Assembly (NCBI GenBank): GCA_044892525.1
Contig: CM097885.1
Location: 267,840,001 to 267,904,000, forward strand
Direction of reading: 5' to 3'
From: Schmidtea polychroa
Lineage: Eukaryota
Length of the DNA stretch: 64,000 nt
Both the position numbers and the translations under genes were made by a program. This document shows positions 34,022 through 48,229 of this stretch, one piece after another; position 1 is the stretch's first letter, and each line of letters starts with the position of its first letter. The notes beneath the pieces were generated by a model. The model was not told the origin of the DNA and ran no database searches. It worked only from the letters and a program-made list of their open reading frames with translations.

Positions 34022-36815
34022 CAGAGCCGGATTAAACTTTTGTAGGCCTGTTGAACTGTAGTGTAGGGCCCTTAGATGCTTGCAGAAACATATAATTGTA
34101 TATGGGTATAATTGTTAATCGCCTTTTACATTGTTGTTTTTAATTAAAATTTTAAATGCGTAATAAGTTTACATATATAAAGTACTAATATGTTTACGAA
34201 ATATAATTGCATTTTTAATGCCAAAGAATATTAACCTAATTCAATTTTAATTAACATTCAATTGGGGCGCATACTAGGCTACACTTACCCGTCCTATGTT
34301 GTGCATAATGTTAAAAATCTCGACGACGCGACTTAATTGCTGAGAAAGAGTCAATGATATCCTGAAAGTCAAGGCTTTGGACGATTTCGTATTCAATATC
34401 CATCAGTGTTAAGCTACTTAATCTCTCTTGAGCCAGGGTTGATCTCACAGCATTTTAATGCGTTTGAGTTGAATGAAGGAGCGTTCGCCGCTGCAGTTAG
34501 AAACCGGCAAAGTTAGATAAATGCGCAAAGCGACATACACATTTACAAATCCTGTCTGAAGATTCAATTCATTCAAAAGTTTCAACATTTCAAGTGGTGT
34601 TTTCTTTGTCGGTAATGATCGCATTTCTTTTAGAAAAGTTCTCCACTGAATCCACTCATCACAGAGTTCATCAGTGACATCATCAGAGTAGAATTCCACA
34701 AACAATTTCAAAGATTCCCTTGTTGCAGTGCTGTTTTCATCATCCGCATATAAAAAATAACAACGATCGTCGATTGCTTTATATGCTGCAATTCTACGGT
34801 TAAGATCGGTAACAAGTGAATCAATTATAACATAATAGGTATCAACTTTGAACTTCTCTTCACCTGTTAAAACAACAGCTGACTCTTTGCTATCGTCCGC
34901 TCTGCGTTTTGGTTGACGTGCGCGTCTTGTTTTGAATTTCTTTTCAGAGCACAATTCTGCCGCGCTATCTCGATAAAATGCAAACTTATTCCTCTGAGAT
35001 ACTAGAAATTCCAATAATGACTTCAGTAATCCTACTGCAGTGCACAGATCCATTTTTTCTGATTGCAACAGCTGGCTTATATCATTTATGCGTTCCAGAA
35101 TGGTATTCCAAAAACACACCAAGAACACTGTTTCCAACTTATCTATGACATTCATTAAATTTGTTGCTTCTGATCTCGTTTATTTCTTTTGCAAACTGTT
35201 GCTGCCAATTTCTTGCAAAACAGATTGGTAGGTTTTATAGTGCTGATACATACTTCGTAGTGCAATAGCATGAGCATACCACCGCGTGTCACTCAAACGT
35301 TTTGGAAGTAATGCAGACTTTGACTTATCCGTTCCGATTACCTTTCCCTGACAGCATTTTTGACAAGATTCCATCTATATGTCGAATCAGACAAGAAAAC
35401 ATAAATTTTCTGAACAAATCCGAAAAATGCAACTGCCTCAGTGCAAGCGTCAACAGCTGCAACCCCAGACTGATTCAGTGAGTGTGCCATACAAGGAATA
35501 TAGGACACCGTTTTTATGATTTCAATTATACGCGCGTGTACACCAGAATATTGTCCAGACATATTGCTGGCATTGTCGTATGTCTGACCTCTGCAGTCAT
35601 TTAAATCAATATCAAGATCGCGAAAAGTTTCAAAAATTGTATCGAAGAGACGAAGACCGGTGTGTGACGAAATTTGAACAAATTTTAGAAAACGTTCAAC
35701 AGGTTGCCCATTACTTTTCACATAGCAAACCGTGAAAGTTAATTGATCTGTGTGTGACATATCAGGCGTAGAATCAACACTGAAGGAAAAGTACTTTGTC
35801 CTTTTTAATTCATCAATAATAGCTTTGGTGACTTTTCTGGTCATTAGACCCACAAATTCTTCATAATTGGTGAATGATAGGTATGATGTGATGCCACGTC
35901 CAGCATTTCCATATGTGTCAATATGTCCCGCAATAAATGAATCATATTCAGCTAAGTACTCCAAACAACCCAAAACGTTTCCATTATCTGCACTTCCAAA
36001 GGTTTCGGAAGATCCTCTGAGTGATAATCCACGAAATGTGAGGAATTTTATTATTGAAACCACTCTCTTTAAAACTTCTCTCCAATAATTTTTTTGCTTA
36101 TCAGCGTGCTCCCAAATTGATTTGTCCAAAGTCTGAACATTGGATATATACGTTGCATAAGTGGTTAGAGCGTATCTGTGATCAGCTGATTTTTCGTGTT
36201 GTTCAAGTTGATTTATGGTACTCCAGCTGTCAAATCCTGTAGTCGCAAGAGCAGACGAACTGTTTATCGAAAACAGTTTACATACAAAACAAAAAACGCA
36301 TCCAGATGATGGCGAATACCTTTGAATTTTTTCTCCATTGTCAGATTGTGAATAAAATGCTGAATCGTTCAGTTTTCTGTTACAATTGGCATATTTACTT
36401 AACGAATTTGCATAAACTCCATCACGGTTTGCACACACATTGGGCCCAACGTGGAGCCAATAATTCACAAGATTACTATCCAGTAGATCCCACGAGGCTG
36501 GATCAGTTACAGAAATAATATCATGTTTAGCAGTGTCAAACAAAGTTGGCCTATTTACGATTGATTCGGGCTGAATGATATTTAGTTGTTCTGATGAAGA
36601 AGTTATTTCATTAAAATCGTTTTCTTGCGGCGAAACATCTGTTGTAGATGAAATTTGTAGTAATTTCTCAGTATCAGCTAATTTTATTTCAACTGATTCA
36701 CTATAAGTTTCAGATCTTTTAACAAACTTATCGATTCCGCCACGTTGCAGTTCTGCCGCCTTTTCAAAAAGACGTTTCTTTTGGCGTTTTTTGCGCCAGA
36801 TTCAAATTTTTTCAT
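34022..36815 (-). mobile_element. hAT DNA transposon with frameshifted full-length transposase
   Basis: CDS ~36815 (MKKFESGA) to 34311 (..SRRRDF*) with CFVCKLF, DSTPD, YDNASNMSG, CMAHSLN, SDTRW and SGERSF motifs. Terminal CAGAGCCGGATTAA at 34022; the other TIR was not found. Confidence 0.9.
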
Positions 36816-37558
36816 GGTTTAATAGTAAATGTTGATTATTGTTAATATTAGTGTTAATAATAATATTATTGATATTAATGTTTTTAAAAATAATTATAAT
36901 ATACTATTATGTAATTTTGTGTAACGGTCATATTTAACTTATATTCGAATTTTAGTCTTATAGACCCTCCAACGGCCACACAAAATATGTAAAAAAATCT
37001 CTAATCTAGCACAGCATGAATGAATGCGGTGTAAAGAAAGTAACATTCTACTACACCGGTGACCGGTTAGATAATCTCAAGAGAGCGAGGCTAGAAGAAT
37101 GTTATAATGCAATAATTTAGTAGCACACGTAGGATAAATATTGGATTCCTTGTATAAATACAATATGTCAAGTTATTTATCTCCTATAACCATATATACA
37201 GATATAAATTGTAGTAGTATTCAGTTGACTGAAGAAAGTTTCAAGTTTCCAGATATAATTATATGCTGCGCCAACGATGGCTCAAAATTCAAGCTTTAAA
37301 ATTTTCTTAAAATTAAACATCTTACCAGAAAGCCATTTCTAAAATGGCTAAAATAAATTTCCAAAATACATTCATGATGAGCAATTCAGTAAATGATAAA
37401 TTGATAAAGATGATTAATTTGTAAAAATGGCTAAAATAATGATGAGCAATTCATACGTAAATAAAATTGGTGAATGAGAATTTGCTTTGTCAAGAACGGC
37501 CTGCAAAGAGTGCGTGGAACCCGTATCCATTCCTCCCACTCCGGATAGTCAGCACAGC

Positions 37559-37985
37559 CAGTGCCGTAAAAAGGGTGGTGCGAGTGGTGCAGTCGCACAG
37601 GGCGCACATCTGAAAGGGGCGCAAAATTGTAATGTAAAATATTTTTAAAGTTACCAAAAAATAACAAAATATAAATAAAAGAAATTATCAAATGCCCTTC
37701 GAAACGATGCCCTAACTAGCCTATCTTTAACATTGCTGATTGGACTGGTCCATTAGCGTGCCTTCGTAGGTGTGTCTTTTGTAAAATGTTAGTCCACAAA
37801 ATGGGCTCTTGTCATTTTCTCAATTAGCAACAGAATTTTAAGAGCATTACTACCTATTATAATAGCTGGAGATGAATACACAGTTAACAATCTCAACATG
37901 AATATTATAATTGTTATAGTAGGCTGATCTGAATTCGGGTTTTAGGGGCGCCAGATATATGAACCGCACAGGGCGCAATAATAAC
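37559..37985. mobile_element. Non-autonomous hAT (MITE-like) fragment
   Basis: CAGTGCCGTA terminal-like sequence at 37559 and GCACAGGGCGC/GGGGCGC subterminal motifs at both ends. Right TIR absent. Confidence 0.45.
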
Positions 37986-38518
37986 ACCGCAGAAACCAAA
38001 GAGGAAACAAATGACGCGCGATGAAAGAACTAAGCGTAGGAAGACTAAGCAGGCAGAAGCTTAAGCATAAGTGACGGCGAGTAACGCGAAAGCCGAAAGT
38101 CCTTCAATCGGCAGTCAAGAACATGGATAGAAGCTCTATAGGAGAGTAGTTCTAAGGTAGGAGCTCACCTGTCATATAGGTTTCACCCTGTCGTGAAGTA
38201 AATAGTCATTTGGGGGTTTTTCGGAATCTTGGCAAGTTTGACCAGGCATCCTTCGGATAGGTATGATAGCCTTCTTATAAAAATTTCAAAAAATAATTGA
38301 AATTGAGTTGACCTACATAAAAATTTTAAACAAAATTATTTTTTGGCTTAATATTTTTTTCCTCAGTGGAGTGGAGTTAGAGATCTGTCCTGGAGGGGAC
38401 GCATTCTACTACTATTGACATATGGGTAGATAAAACATTATGATTTAACTCTTAAACAAATATATGAAACCAATATGTTCAATATAAAATTAATCTTAAC
38501 TTTTATTTCTTCTTTAGT

Positions 38519-38764
38519 TAAGGTGACCAGACGTCCCGCTTTTAGCGGGACAGTCCCGATTTTTCACGATTTATCCCGCTTCAAAATGAATAAAAAATAT
38601 GTCAAGGAATAAAATATCATACAATTTTTTATATTTATAAATTGTACTTATGTTAAAAATCAAAAAAGTATTACCATATAATTTTATTCTATATGAAAAT
38701 ATTTGTTGATATCCCCTCCTTCAAAGTTGTCCCGCTTTGCCCATCTAAAAATCTGGTCACCTTA
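38519..38764. mobile_element. hAT-Blackjack-type MITE
   Basis: Perfect 13-bp TIRs TAAGGTGACCAGA / TCTGGTCACCTTA and perfect TSD TCTTTAGT (38511-38518, 38765-38772). Confidence 0.95.
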
Positions 38765-39556
38765 TCTTTAGTGCAACACTCTTCACCATCTGTTGAGCAT
38801 GATGACATCAAGATAATAATAATTCAATTCTTTTAAAAATCCAAAGCAATTAAAATAAAATTATATTTCATATTCACCAAAAATGACTTCATCTACTGAA
38901 ATCGATTTAGAAGATGTTAGCATAACATCTGACAGGCACAAATAAGAATTGTAGACATAATGTGCTTCTAGGGTTGCCAGGTGAAACCTTAAAGAATACT
39001 GGACAAAATTTTAAAATAAACCTTAGACTATGTTATTTTTATATAAAATTAAATTTTAAAATAAAAGTATGATATATTTATTATTTTTTATATTTTTCAT
39101 TCTGCTTTTAGCAGTTTTTTATTTTTAAAAAATATTTCTTTTACATTTTGGCATACAAAGTTCGCTTTTTACTAAATTCAACGACATCCGATTACGTTCG
39201 TTAGTCCATAGATTGCCCATCACACTAAAAATTCTTTCAACATTCGAAACTGGAATCGAAAAGACGAACTGAGCTATTTTCAATAAATTTGGTGCCGACT
39301 CTTTTTGAAAGGAATAGTTCCACTTTTCAAGAGAAGATGTTCTTTCAAGTGTCTAATTACCGTATTCAATGCACACATTTGGGCGTGTAAACCGTTTGGT
39401 GGAACTTCATACTTCAATGGCGACATCATCCAAATTTTCAAAATTTCATCCAGACTTAAAGATTTTTTACCGTCTGCAAGGCTCATAGCTTGAAAGTGCA
39501 TATAAGGAGAATAAGGGAAATCAACCAATTTTTCCAAATACTTCAATGCTCTAACA

Positions 39557-40526
39557 CAGGAATGTCCAACCTTTTAATTTAATGGGCCGCATTGCAAACT
39601 TAAATATTTAACTGGGCAGCAAAACTACCAGAATATCTTAAGCCTAGGCCCTAGGGAATGGTCTCAATTTTTTTTGAGATTTTTGGGGGTAGACAAGGTT
39701 CTTATTTTAATGTTGCCGTCTTTTTTTCATGGACGTGAAGCTCATAGTGCGCTTGCCGGAGTGTGAATTCTTTAAAAATGTCGATTTATTTTTGTTACTA
39801 TCTTCTTAAATTTAATGGAAAAATTACAATATAAAACAAAATCATGAGGCTACAGTTTATTTACATTATTACAACAATCCAAATATTGTAAGCTTTATAT
39901 ACATAAAAAAATTTAATTTAATTAACCAATATTTATTCAATGAAACTTTTGACTTTGTCTTCCAGCCATAATGTTTTCAATATTCTCATCGAATGTGCAT
40001 TCTTAATTCTAAGAATTTTCGCTAAATGTCTGTCAGTCAATCTATTTCTTTCTGCAGTTTTAATGTTTTTCATGCTTGAAAAAAACTGCTCGCAAACGTA
40101 TGAACTTCCTCACATGCATAAAAATTTTCTGAATAAATTTAGAATTTGATTGAATTCATTTTTGAGAGAATGCAATTTCATATATAGTAAAGGAAGCGTG
40201 TTCTCTCTATGGAAAGTTTTAAAACTTCCTGGCTTTGCAGTTCAATTAGTTCAAGTTGGTACTCCACTGGTGCTTTATCATCATATTCAAATGGAAATAG
40301 ATCATTAAACAATTTTAACTCATTTTCAATCTTTCTAAAGCCAGAAAATCTAATTTAAATTATTTATTTGAATTATTATATTTATTAAATATAAAGTATT
40401 TGGATTAAATTACATGAAGATTTTTGCGCTTCCTACTTGATAAATTTGCTAAAAAATAAAAAAATTTTAATGAGTCGATAGTGGGCTGCATCCGAATATT
40501 GAGTGGGCCGCATTTGGACATCCCTG
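39557..40526 (-). mobile_element. hAT-Charlie/Buster non-autonomous element nested in the Blackjack element
   Basis: TIRs CAGGAATGTCCAA / TTGGACATCCCTG and TSD CTCTAACA / CTCTAGCA (7/8). Carries GSSYVCEQFFSSMKNIK..RNRLTDRHL, the Buster-type C-terminus. Confidence 0.9.
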
Positions 40527-40825
40527 CTCTAGCACATACATTTAAAGCTTCTTTTCTCAATTTATTCAGCCTGCATGGATCTAAATAGTTTTTCATCATG
40601 GCAAATTTTACTTTCATGCCAAAAAATTCGGTGTCCATGTTATTTTTCAACGATTCTCGAAATTTAACCAATATTAAATAAAGATCACATGCCAGATTTG
40701 TACGAGTTTCTAGAATTAGTAAAATTTTTTTGAAAAGAAGACATAAATGAGTGAACGCAATAGATATAAATTTCGGAAATTGTAGGTTCATCTACTGGCG
40801 GCATTTCATTTTCTTGATCAGATAC

Positions 40826-41295
40826 AGCGCCGTCTCTTCCATTGTGCTAACTGTGCTAAGCACAGGGGCGCCGTGAGTGAAGGGGCGCCGTAAATTTTAT
40901 AAAAGCCATAAATTTAATAAAATTGAAAAAAAAATTGAAAAATTATAAACAAAACAAAATTAAAGGAAATCGAAAAAAAAATTAGTTTAATATATAAATA
41001 TTAATATAATTTAATATTATTTTTTTATTGTTTTTTTTGTTATCCTAGTACCATTTAATATCAAATTTCTATTTTTTTTATGTTAAACTTTATATTTTTG
41101 CCATTAATTATTTAAATAAAATAATTTTATATTATAAAGTGCATTATTATTTTATAAATTACCACATCGACAACCCCAATTGAATACATATATACATGCC
41201 CACATATACATGGGGAAATTTTTATTGGAAGGGTTCCGACGACTGCGAAAGTTTTTGGAAGGGTTCCGACGACTGCGAAAGGTTGAAGAGCACTG
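40826..41295. mobile_element. Further hAT terminal fragments nested in the Blackjack element
   Basis: CAGCGCCGT plus GGGGCGCC motifs at 40826-40890, and a Charlie-like right end AGGTTGAAGAGCACTG at ~41280-41295 preceded by a ~28-bp tandem duplication. Partner ends not found. Confidence 0.45.
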
Positions 41296-43689
41296 TCCTA
41301 GTCAATGAAATAAAATGATGTAATATATAATATTAATATATGTATATGCAATAATGTGTAATATTATTAATAAACATAATATATTTTGTTACTACACCGG
41401 AAAGGCGCAAATTGATAAAAGTTGTTATATATTTTATTTGTCCCTTGTAAGAGGGTTAGCTGTTGAACAAAAGGAAGATTTATTCCGAACCAATATACAA
41501 TACGACCTTTTAGAAAGTCTGTAAGAAAACCAAAATAATAATTATTGTCTTATATGATGATAAATGTAATATATATAACGATTGAATAAACCTTTTTTGA
41601 ATATGTGCTATTTAATAACTCACGCGCTTCATTCTGTGTTTGCCCCGGTTGCAGTTTGTCTTCGCACGGCCCTGACTGCGTCGTTTTGGGAATTATCGTT
41701 CGGTGAAAAGAAAGATTTTAATCGTTGGGAAGAAGCTGCAGCAATTTCAGCTTCAATATGTTTTTTGAGTTTGCGTGTTGAGTTAGAGCTTTAATGCTAT
41801 CAAACATAATAGTAAACGTTATATTACACAGTTTGCATTTTGCTTTCCAACATAGCCTTCGCTGATAAAATCTGCATTGTAGTTGCACTTTCTTTCCTTT
41901 GTTGTGGAACCACCTTCTACCTCACTCATTTCTTAGCTAGAATTACTTTAAATTAATTTAAAATTATTTTGGCTAATAAAGTTATACAGACCTAATTGAT
42001 TGATATAAAAAAACAAATTTAATATTAGCATTTCCTATTAAATTACAATTTCTATAAAATAAAATTTTCCATAGCCTACTGCAGTTTAAAAAATTTGAAT
42101 TTCAAAATTTTCAAAGCGTTAGGAGAAATGCAGGAAAATCTACGTCCGGTCCTTCTAATTTTTCCCACAAGACAAGTAGTTGAATTAACGGACTGTTCGG
42201 TTCCAAACCGGAAAGCTGGCAACCATATATTTAAGAATTAATTTGGATTTTTCTTCTAACATAGATGGTTCACTCTTACCTGCGGTAGGCTCTCGAAGGT
42301 TTCTCTTACCGATTATGTTATAAAAAATCACCTTTGGTTTTCGTTAAATATATTTAAATCCTGTTTGATAAGCGTGTATAGCACTGTTGATTGGATTGGT
42401 TGAAAATAAAAAATTACTTTTCCTCTCATTGATATCATCACATGATTTAAAACCGAATTTCATATGGGAGATTCAATTCAAAATTCCCTACAATGCCCCC
42501 ATAATATAAAAATATAATCAAGAATTTAATAATAAAAAATTGAACATTTATTAGAGACAACACAAAATTTATTAGAAATTAATTTTCAATTATATCGGCA
42601 TTGATTTAATGAGAATGTTGAAATCGATTTCCAGATGAAATTTGATTGGGGAAAATATTGATTGACTGCTGGAAAATCAATCGCGTTATCAAGTCGATTC
42701 GACCAATCAAAATCAATTATATATAATTAATATTTTTACCAGACAAATCAAATAAAATCGATTAATTTTAAATTTCAAGTGCTGATAAAATGTGAAATTT
42801 CGGTTAGTTTTCCCATTGTTCAGTTGCCAATAGGAAATTCGGGTTTGAATTTGATGCACTGTATAAATCTGGCGAGCTACATATTTTGTCATTGTCATTT
42901 GAATAAAAGAAAGAAAAGGGGGGGGGGGTGTTTTCAATTGATTTCTTTAATTCTTAGATGGACCTGGTAAATCAATATTTTCTCTAATCAACTACTTAAA
43001 AATTCTGCACAAGTACTTGGTAAATTTTCTCAAATATAACTGGGCTACTCAAAATTCCAAACCCAAAGGAATTAACCGGAGTAAATGACTTTCTCTTATT
43101 TTCAGAGAGAATAAAGTAGAACATAAATTGGATATTATTATTTCTACACCACAAATGCGCTTGTTTGCCTACAGGCAGGCAATCAAAATTATCTCCTTAT
43201 GCCTGAGGTGTTTTTTTCTTTTTATAAACTTCAATTCAATAGATGTTTAATTTCTGTCCACCAATTGTACCTTGAATGCGTATTTATAGTTGTTTCATTT
43301 CACCTAACCCAATTTTGACAAACTCAAGTTTGTATGCGTATTTGTGCACACACATTCACAATTGTACATCCCTTTCGATTTTGTTACAACAGATACAACA
43401 GTGACAACATTGACACACCCCCACGTTTGCATGCATGCACAAACCGGATTGCGTGTGTAGACATTGGACAACTGAATGTTTTAATGACACAGTGAGGAGA
43501 AACTAACTGTTGTCAGCTTGTACAAATGCAACTCAATTTAGGTTTCGATTGTTTACACACAACGAATTGGTATGAGATAACAAACTCTTTAATTTGATTG
43601 GCTAGAAAATAAATTGAGTATCTCAATGAATGCTGCTTGTTTTACTTTAATTTTTTTTCCTTTTTCTAAATTGATCAATGCACTTTCAG

Positions 43690-44640
43690 GATAATAACAA
43701 TAACGTTTCACAATGGATCGAATGGTGTCAAGTTCTTCGATGTTTCAAGTCAACAAGTTGCAATTGTTCATTCCAAATCCCGGCCCACTCGATACTGAAG
43801 GCAGAGTCGTTTCGTTGCCTTCACTTGTAATTCATGAATTTAAAGAAAATCGATGTAAAAATGAGAGCGCCAAAACATCAGAGACAGTTAAAAAACATAG
43901 CTCTTGGGATGATGTTAACATTGATACGTCTGAAGATTATCCGGTTTCTTGTATGCAAGCAGACAGTAGCACTTCGTGCATTTATATCGATTCATCTGTC
44001 TCATCTTCTTCAAACTCCTTATCTCTCTCAGACACTCTCCATCTTGTGAGGAAATTGACAAGCATCTATGATAATCAGGATTCATTGAGTTTATTAGATA
44101 ATGACTTGCTGAATGCGTCAAATTTTGACACTAGTGATATTACAAACACTTATCAATGTAGTGCACAAGAAGGAGAAATATCGCTTCGGGTACCCAGCAT
44201 TTCTACTGGGAATTCCATTATTTCTGACGTGTCCTCGACCAAGGAAAATATCAGTGGAGATAAAGATGAAGAAGAAAACTCTATGTCGACTTCATCGTCG
44301 ATTTCACCTTCACATGGAAAGCTTGGAGTGCCCTCTAAAGCTGCTGCGATTCTCGGTGCGAGAGAAATATTCACTTCTCCTAGTCATGCTGCTTATCGGC
44401 GATTAGTGGATTTTACTCACAGGCCAACTGGTGATGTTCCTCTCCTGAAAACCGAACCGTCGACAGTTCCTTCGTTGGTCCATGTAAATATTTTTGTTCA
44501 CAAGTTTTATTTTTATATCCGTTGAAAATCTAGCCAAGTTTGACTGCAAGAAGTCAACGTCGAAGCAAGCCCGATACGAAGATCGTCACAGAGATTTCTC
44601 CGGAAAAAAAAGGGGTCGGGAAATATAAAATCATTAACAT
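43690..44640 (+). CDS. Unknown Ser-rich protein, large exon plus small exon; full structure unresolved
   Basis: A stop-free ~800-nt stretch in AT-rich DNA, bounded by ttcag|g (43689/43690) and CAT|gtaaat (44483/44484). Then a 50-nt intron and exon 44534-44640 ending at gtaagt. No domain recognised. Confidence 0.65.
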
Positions 44641-45651
44641 GTAAGTGAGATCCCATTTAAACAAACTGGGAGTACATAAACTAAGGTTTCCTTTTATATT
44701 TTATGTTTAGAAGGTTTACAATAATCAATAGAGGAAAGGTGCAACTTGCGTGTTAGAGAAGTTTTTATTAACCTCTACAGAAGCAAAGCTTATAATATAT
44801 TTTGAGCGAAAACCCTTTTTCAATATGGCCAACACCTTTCAGTGAAAAGGTGAGACCCGAGGCAATTAACATTTTAAAGCCTTTTAGAATTAAAAATAAA
44901 CGTGGACAAGAAAAACAGAAAAATCTTATATTTATTCATTTATCAAAATTATTTTTTACTCCTGGAAAATTATCTGTCGTATTTTGTTTCTAATTCTTTT
45001 CAGAACACTGAATGGCCTTTCATCTTTGGCGGCACTCACAGGCATAGTTAAACAAATTCTAAGCATAATTACAGAATTTGGTAATCCGTTTAGGAATCCC
45101 ATCTCAACAATTTCGTTAAATAAGTGTTTAGTTTAACATTGAATTTGTATTAATATTTTTAATTTTTTTAGCACAGAATTATAAATCGAGTCCCCTAAAA
45201 TTGTGTGAAACGATGCCACCGCCTTCCTTGTTTCTCTTTGATTGACCCTGACTATGACTATCTTTAATTTCTCATTTTTTTTCTTTTGACAGTATCTTTG
45301 TCTACTACTATTTGAGAAAATAAATAATGATTGAAAGGCAGTGCCGAAAATTCGTGTAAAATAAATAAAAAAATATTGATCCTAAGTGGAACAATGCACA
45401 TTAATAATGATACTAATAGATCAATGGTGAAATAAATAAAGGATTTTATTGATTTTTTATTATAGTTAAATTATTAAAAAATAGTTGGGTATAAATATAA
45501 ACTTTTTTTATAAAAGGAATTTTTTATATAATATTTGAAAAAATAACATTTATTAAAACAATTAAATATAATATTTATCTTTTTATTAATTCAATAATTT
45601 TCATATTAATATTTGTAATAATATAGATCAAGATAATATTTACGGTACACT

Positions 45652-48178
45652 CAGTGGCGGATTAAGTTAATTGTGGGCCTTGGGCGGTAAAATTAAAATG
45701 GGCCCTATATTATTATAAACCAATTTAAGTTGATAAATTTTCCAAAATACCTACGTAGAGATTTTTCATTTTAAGTGTATCTTTTGTAACTAATTATTAA
45801 GGGATCTATATAATGAAAAATAATAATAATTTTTTATTTACATTTATATCACAATTACTCTTTCTAACAAAAGACATGACTTGTAAAACATTTAAAAATT
45901 AATTAAATTTAAGAAAGTAATTTTTTATTAATTGCTAACAATCAAAAATAGTGAAATTATTAAAAAATATTTCTACGTATAGAGATTATCAAGGCAATAG
46001 ATGTATGAATGGACGCCATAAGTGGAGGGAGATGTTTTTAACGCAAAAAATGAAGAAAAATCTTTTTTTCTTTGAAAGTTATTTTCATATATATTTTCAT
46101 CGAGATTTTTCTTTTGAAAATTTATCAATTATGTAATCGCAGCTGATTTTATTTAACAATTCATATTCAATATACAAAAGTGTCACCAAATTTAACCGGT
46201 CTTCTTGCAGCATTTTGTTCCTTACATAATTTTTTATTCTTTTTAGACTGGAAAAGATCGTTCTGCCGAAGCATTTGATATGGGTAATGTTAGAAATATT
46301 CATAAAATTAATTCCACATCGGGAAATGTTTCAATCAAATCTAACGCCACTTCATATGCATCATTAGCTGAATATTCTTCTTTTCCTTCTTTTATAAAAA
46401 ACAGAAATTGTTCCACTTCACTTTCGAATTGACATATATTAATATCCTTCTCATACATTTCTATAAGGTTATTAATACATTCTTTTTTTTCATTGTCTGG
46501 CACAGAAAGATTGAAGAATATTTTAAAATTTTGCAAAATGTCTTCATATGCTTTTTTTCCTGCGACTAAATTCGGTTATCAACTGACCACAAATGGTATA
46601 AGACGTATTACATATGAAATCTTCTTTTTCAGAAAATACGTGATCGTTATCGCTTCTTTCATCAAAACACATTTTTCGTTTCTTCGTTCTTCTTTCTTCA
46701 TATTTACTATTTGTATAGTTTTCGGCCTCTTTCTCAGCAGTTTCAAATTCATTTCTAAATTGTCTTATAAAACCTTCAAGTGAATTCAATAAAGATACAC
46801 CTTGAAGGACGGTGCACTCTGCTGATTGCAAAGATTTACTGGTAGCGTTTATTCTTTGCATGATCTTGTTCCAAATAATCGTGATCATAACAGTTTCAAA
46901 TTTATTCATATTTTTAATTAAAGACTGCGCTTCAATTACAGTGAGCTTTTTTTTGTTGAATCACTTATATCAATCAATGCTTCCTTAATTTTATCGTATC
47001 CACATTATAAAGCTAGAATAGTATCTGCTCTTGCAGACCATCTTGTATCAGACCATTTTTTACTGTCAATTTTGTAGGCCAATCTTGAAGCTTTTTCAAT
47101 AAAACATTGCATTGATGAGTCGAAGCATTGAAGAGCGTAAATAAAATTTGAACGAATAAAAATATCGAGTTGTAATACCACGGCTTTCAGTTGCAAGGTT
47201 ACCAACAAGGGTTAACGAATGTGCAGAACAAGGAATATAGGTGGCTGTAGAGCTATGTTTTCTTATGCGACCTTGCAATTCTGTGTACTTCCCAGACATA
47301 TTTTCAGTATTATCCTACGACTGTCCTCTACAAAGTTTAATATCAATCTGCATATTTATTAACTCTGAAAGTAGCTGTTCTTTTAAATATGCAGCATCGT
47401 ACTTTTCAATAGGCAAAAAACCTATGAATCTTTCCTTTATATCTCCAGCTGGCAGCAAATATCTAACAATAAAAGTCAATTGATCCACATGGGAAATATC
47501 TGGCGTCGAGTAATGCTGCAAACATTTGCAGCTTTTACTTCTTCAATTATTTGAAACAAAACAGAGTCGCTAATTAGTTGTATAAACTCATCGCATTTTT
47601 GATTTCGCATCAAATGCCTTTAAAATTTCACTCTTTCCTTCAGATTCAATTTTTAACTCTCCTGTGGTTGTTGATGTAGTCTCCAAGTTTTGTTTCGACA
47701 TAGTATCTGTTTCAAACTCTTGATGTTCAAAAATAGAACATTTTCATTAATTATAGATGTACTAGATTGTGACGTGCCTTGATTTGGAGTTAGAGAGATA
47801 AATTTCAACAAAGAATCTCTTTGTTGATTATTGATTTCTTCTCCACGTTTTATTTCTTTTCTTTTCCCAGCTCCCAATTTATTCGAACTCATATTTCTAC
47901 AATAAAACATAATTTGATTTTTAACGTGTAAATAAAATGAGATGCTTTAATGATTTATTGTATATAAAGATAAAATTTGATTATTATATTGGTAAAATAC
48001 GTCTTTTGTTAAATGTAAAAAAAATCAAAAACAAAAATCACATAATGTAAACTGTGTATTTGTGATATATTTGTCTTATTTTATTTTTGTATATTATTTT
48101 TTGAAGGAAATATTTTCATATGGGCCTCGGTGTACCCCGGGCGGCCGCCCAGTCCGCCCACCGCTTAATCCACCACTG
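45652..48178 (-). mobile_element. hAT DNA transposon, defective
   Basis: TIRs CAGTGGCGGATTAAG / CTTAATCCACCACTG (14/15) and degenerate TSD GGTACACT / TGCACACT. Fragmented transposase ~47892-46097 with STPDISHVDQL, CSAHSL, SDTRWSAR and RTIFSSLKRIK motifs. Confidence 0.9.
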
Positions 48179-48229
48179 TGCACACTTGATAGAGGCTGTC
48201 GGAATATCGTGTACCTTATATATTGTTCT

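Larger units (their letters stand above)
38969..42227 (-). mobile_element. hAT-Blackjack-type transposon remnant carrying nested insertions
   Basis: TIRs TAGGGTTGCCAG / CTGGCAACCATA. Minus-strand fragments include an N-terminal zinc finger (ALTQHANSKKH) near 41.8 kb and IPVSNVERIFSVMGNLWTNERNRMS near 39.2 kb. TSD not conserved. Confidence 0.75.
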
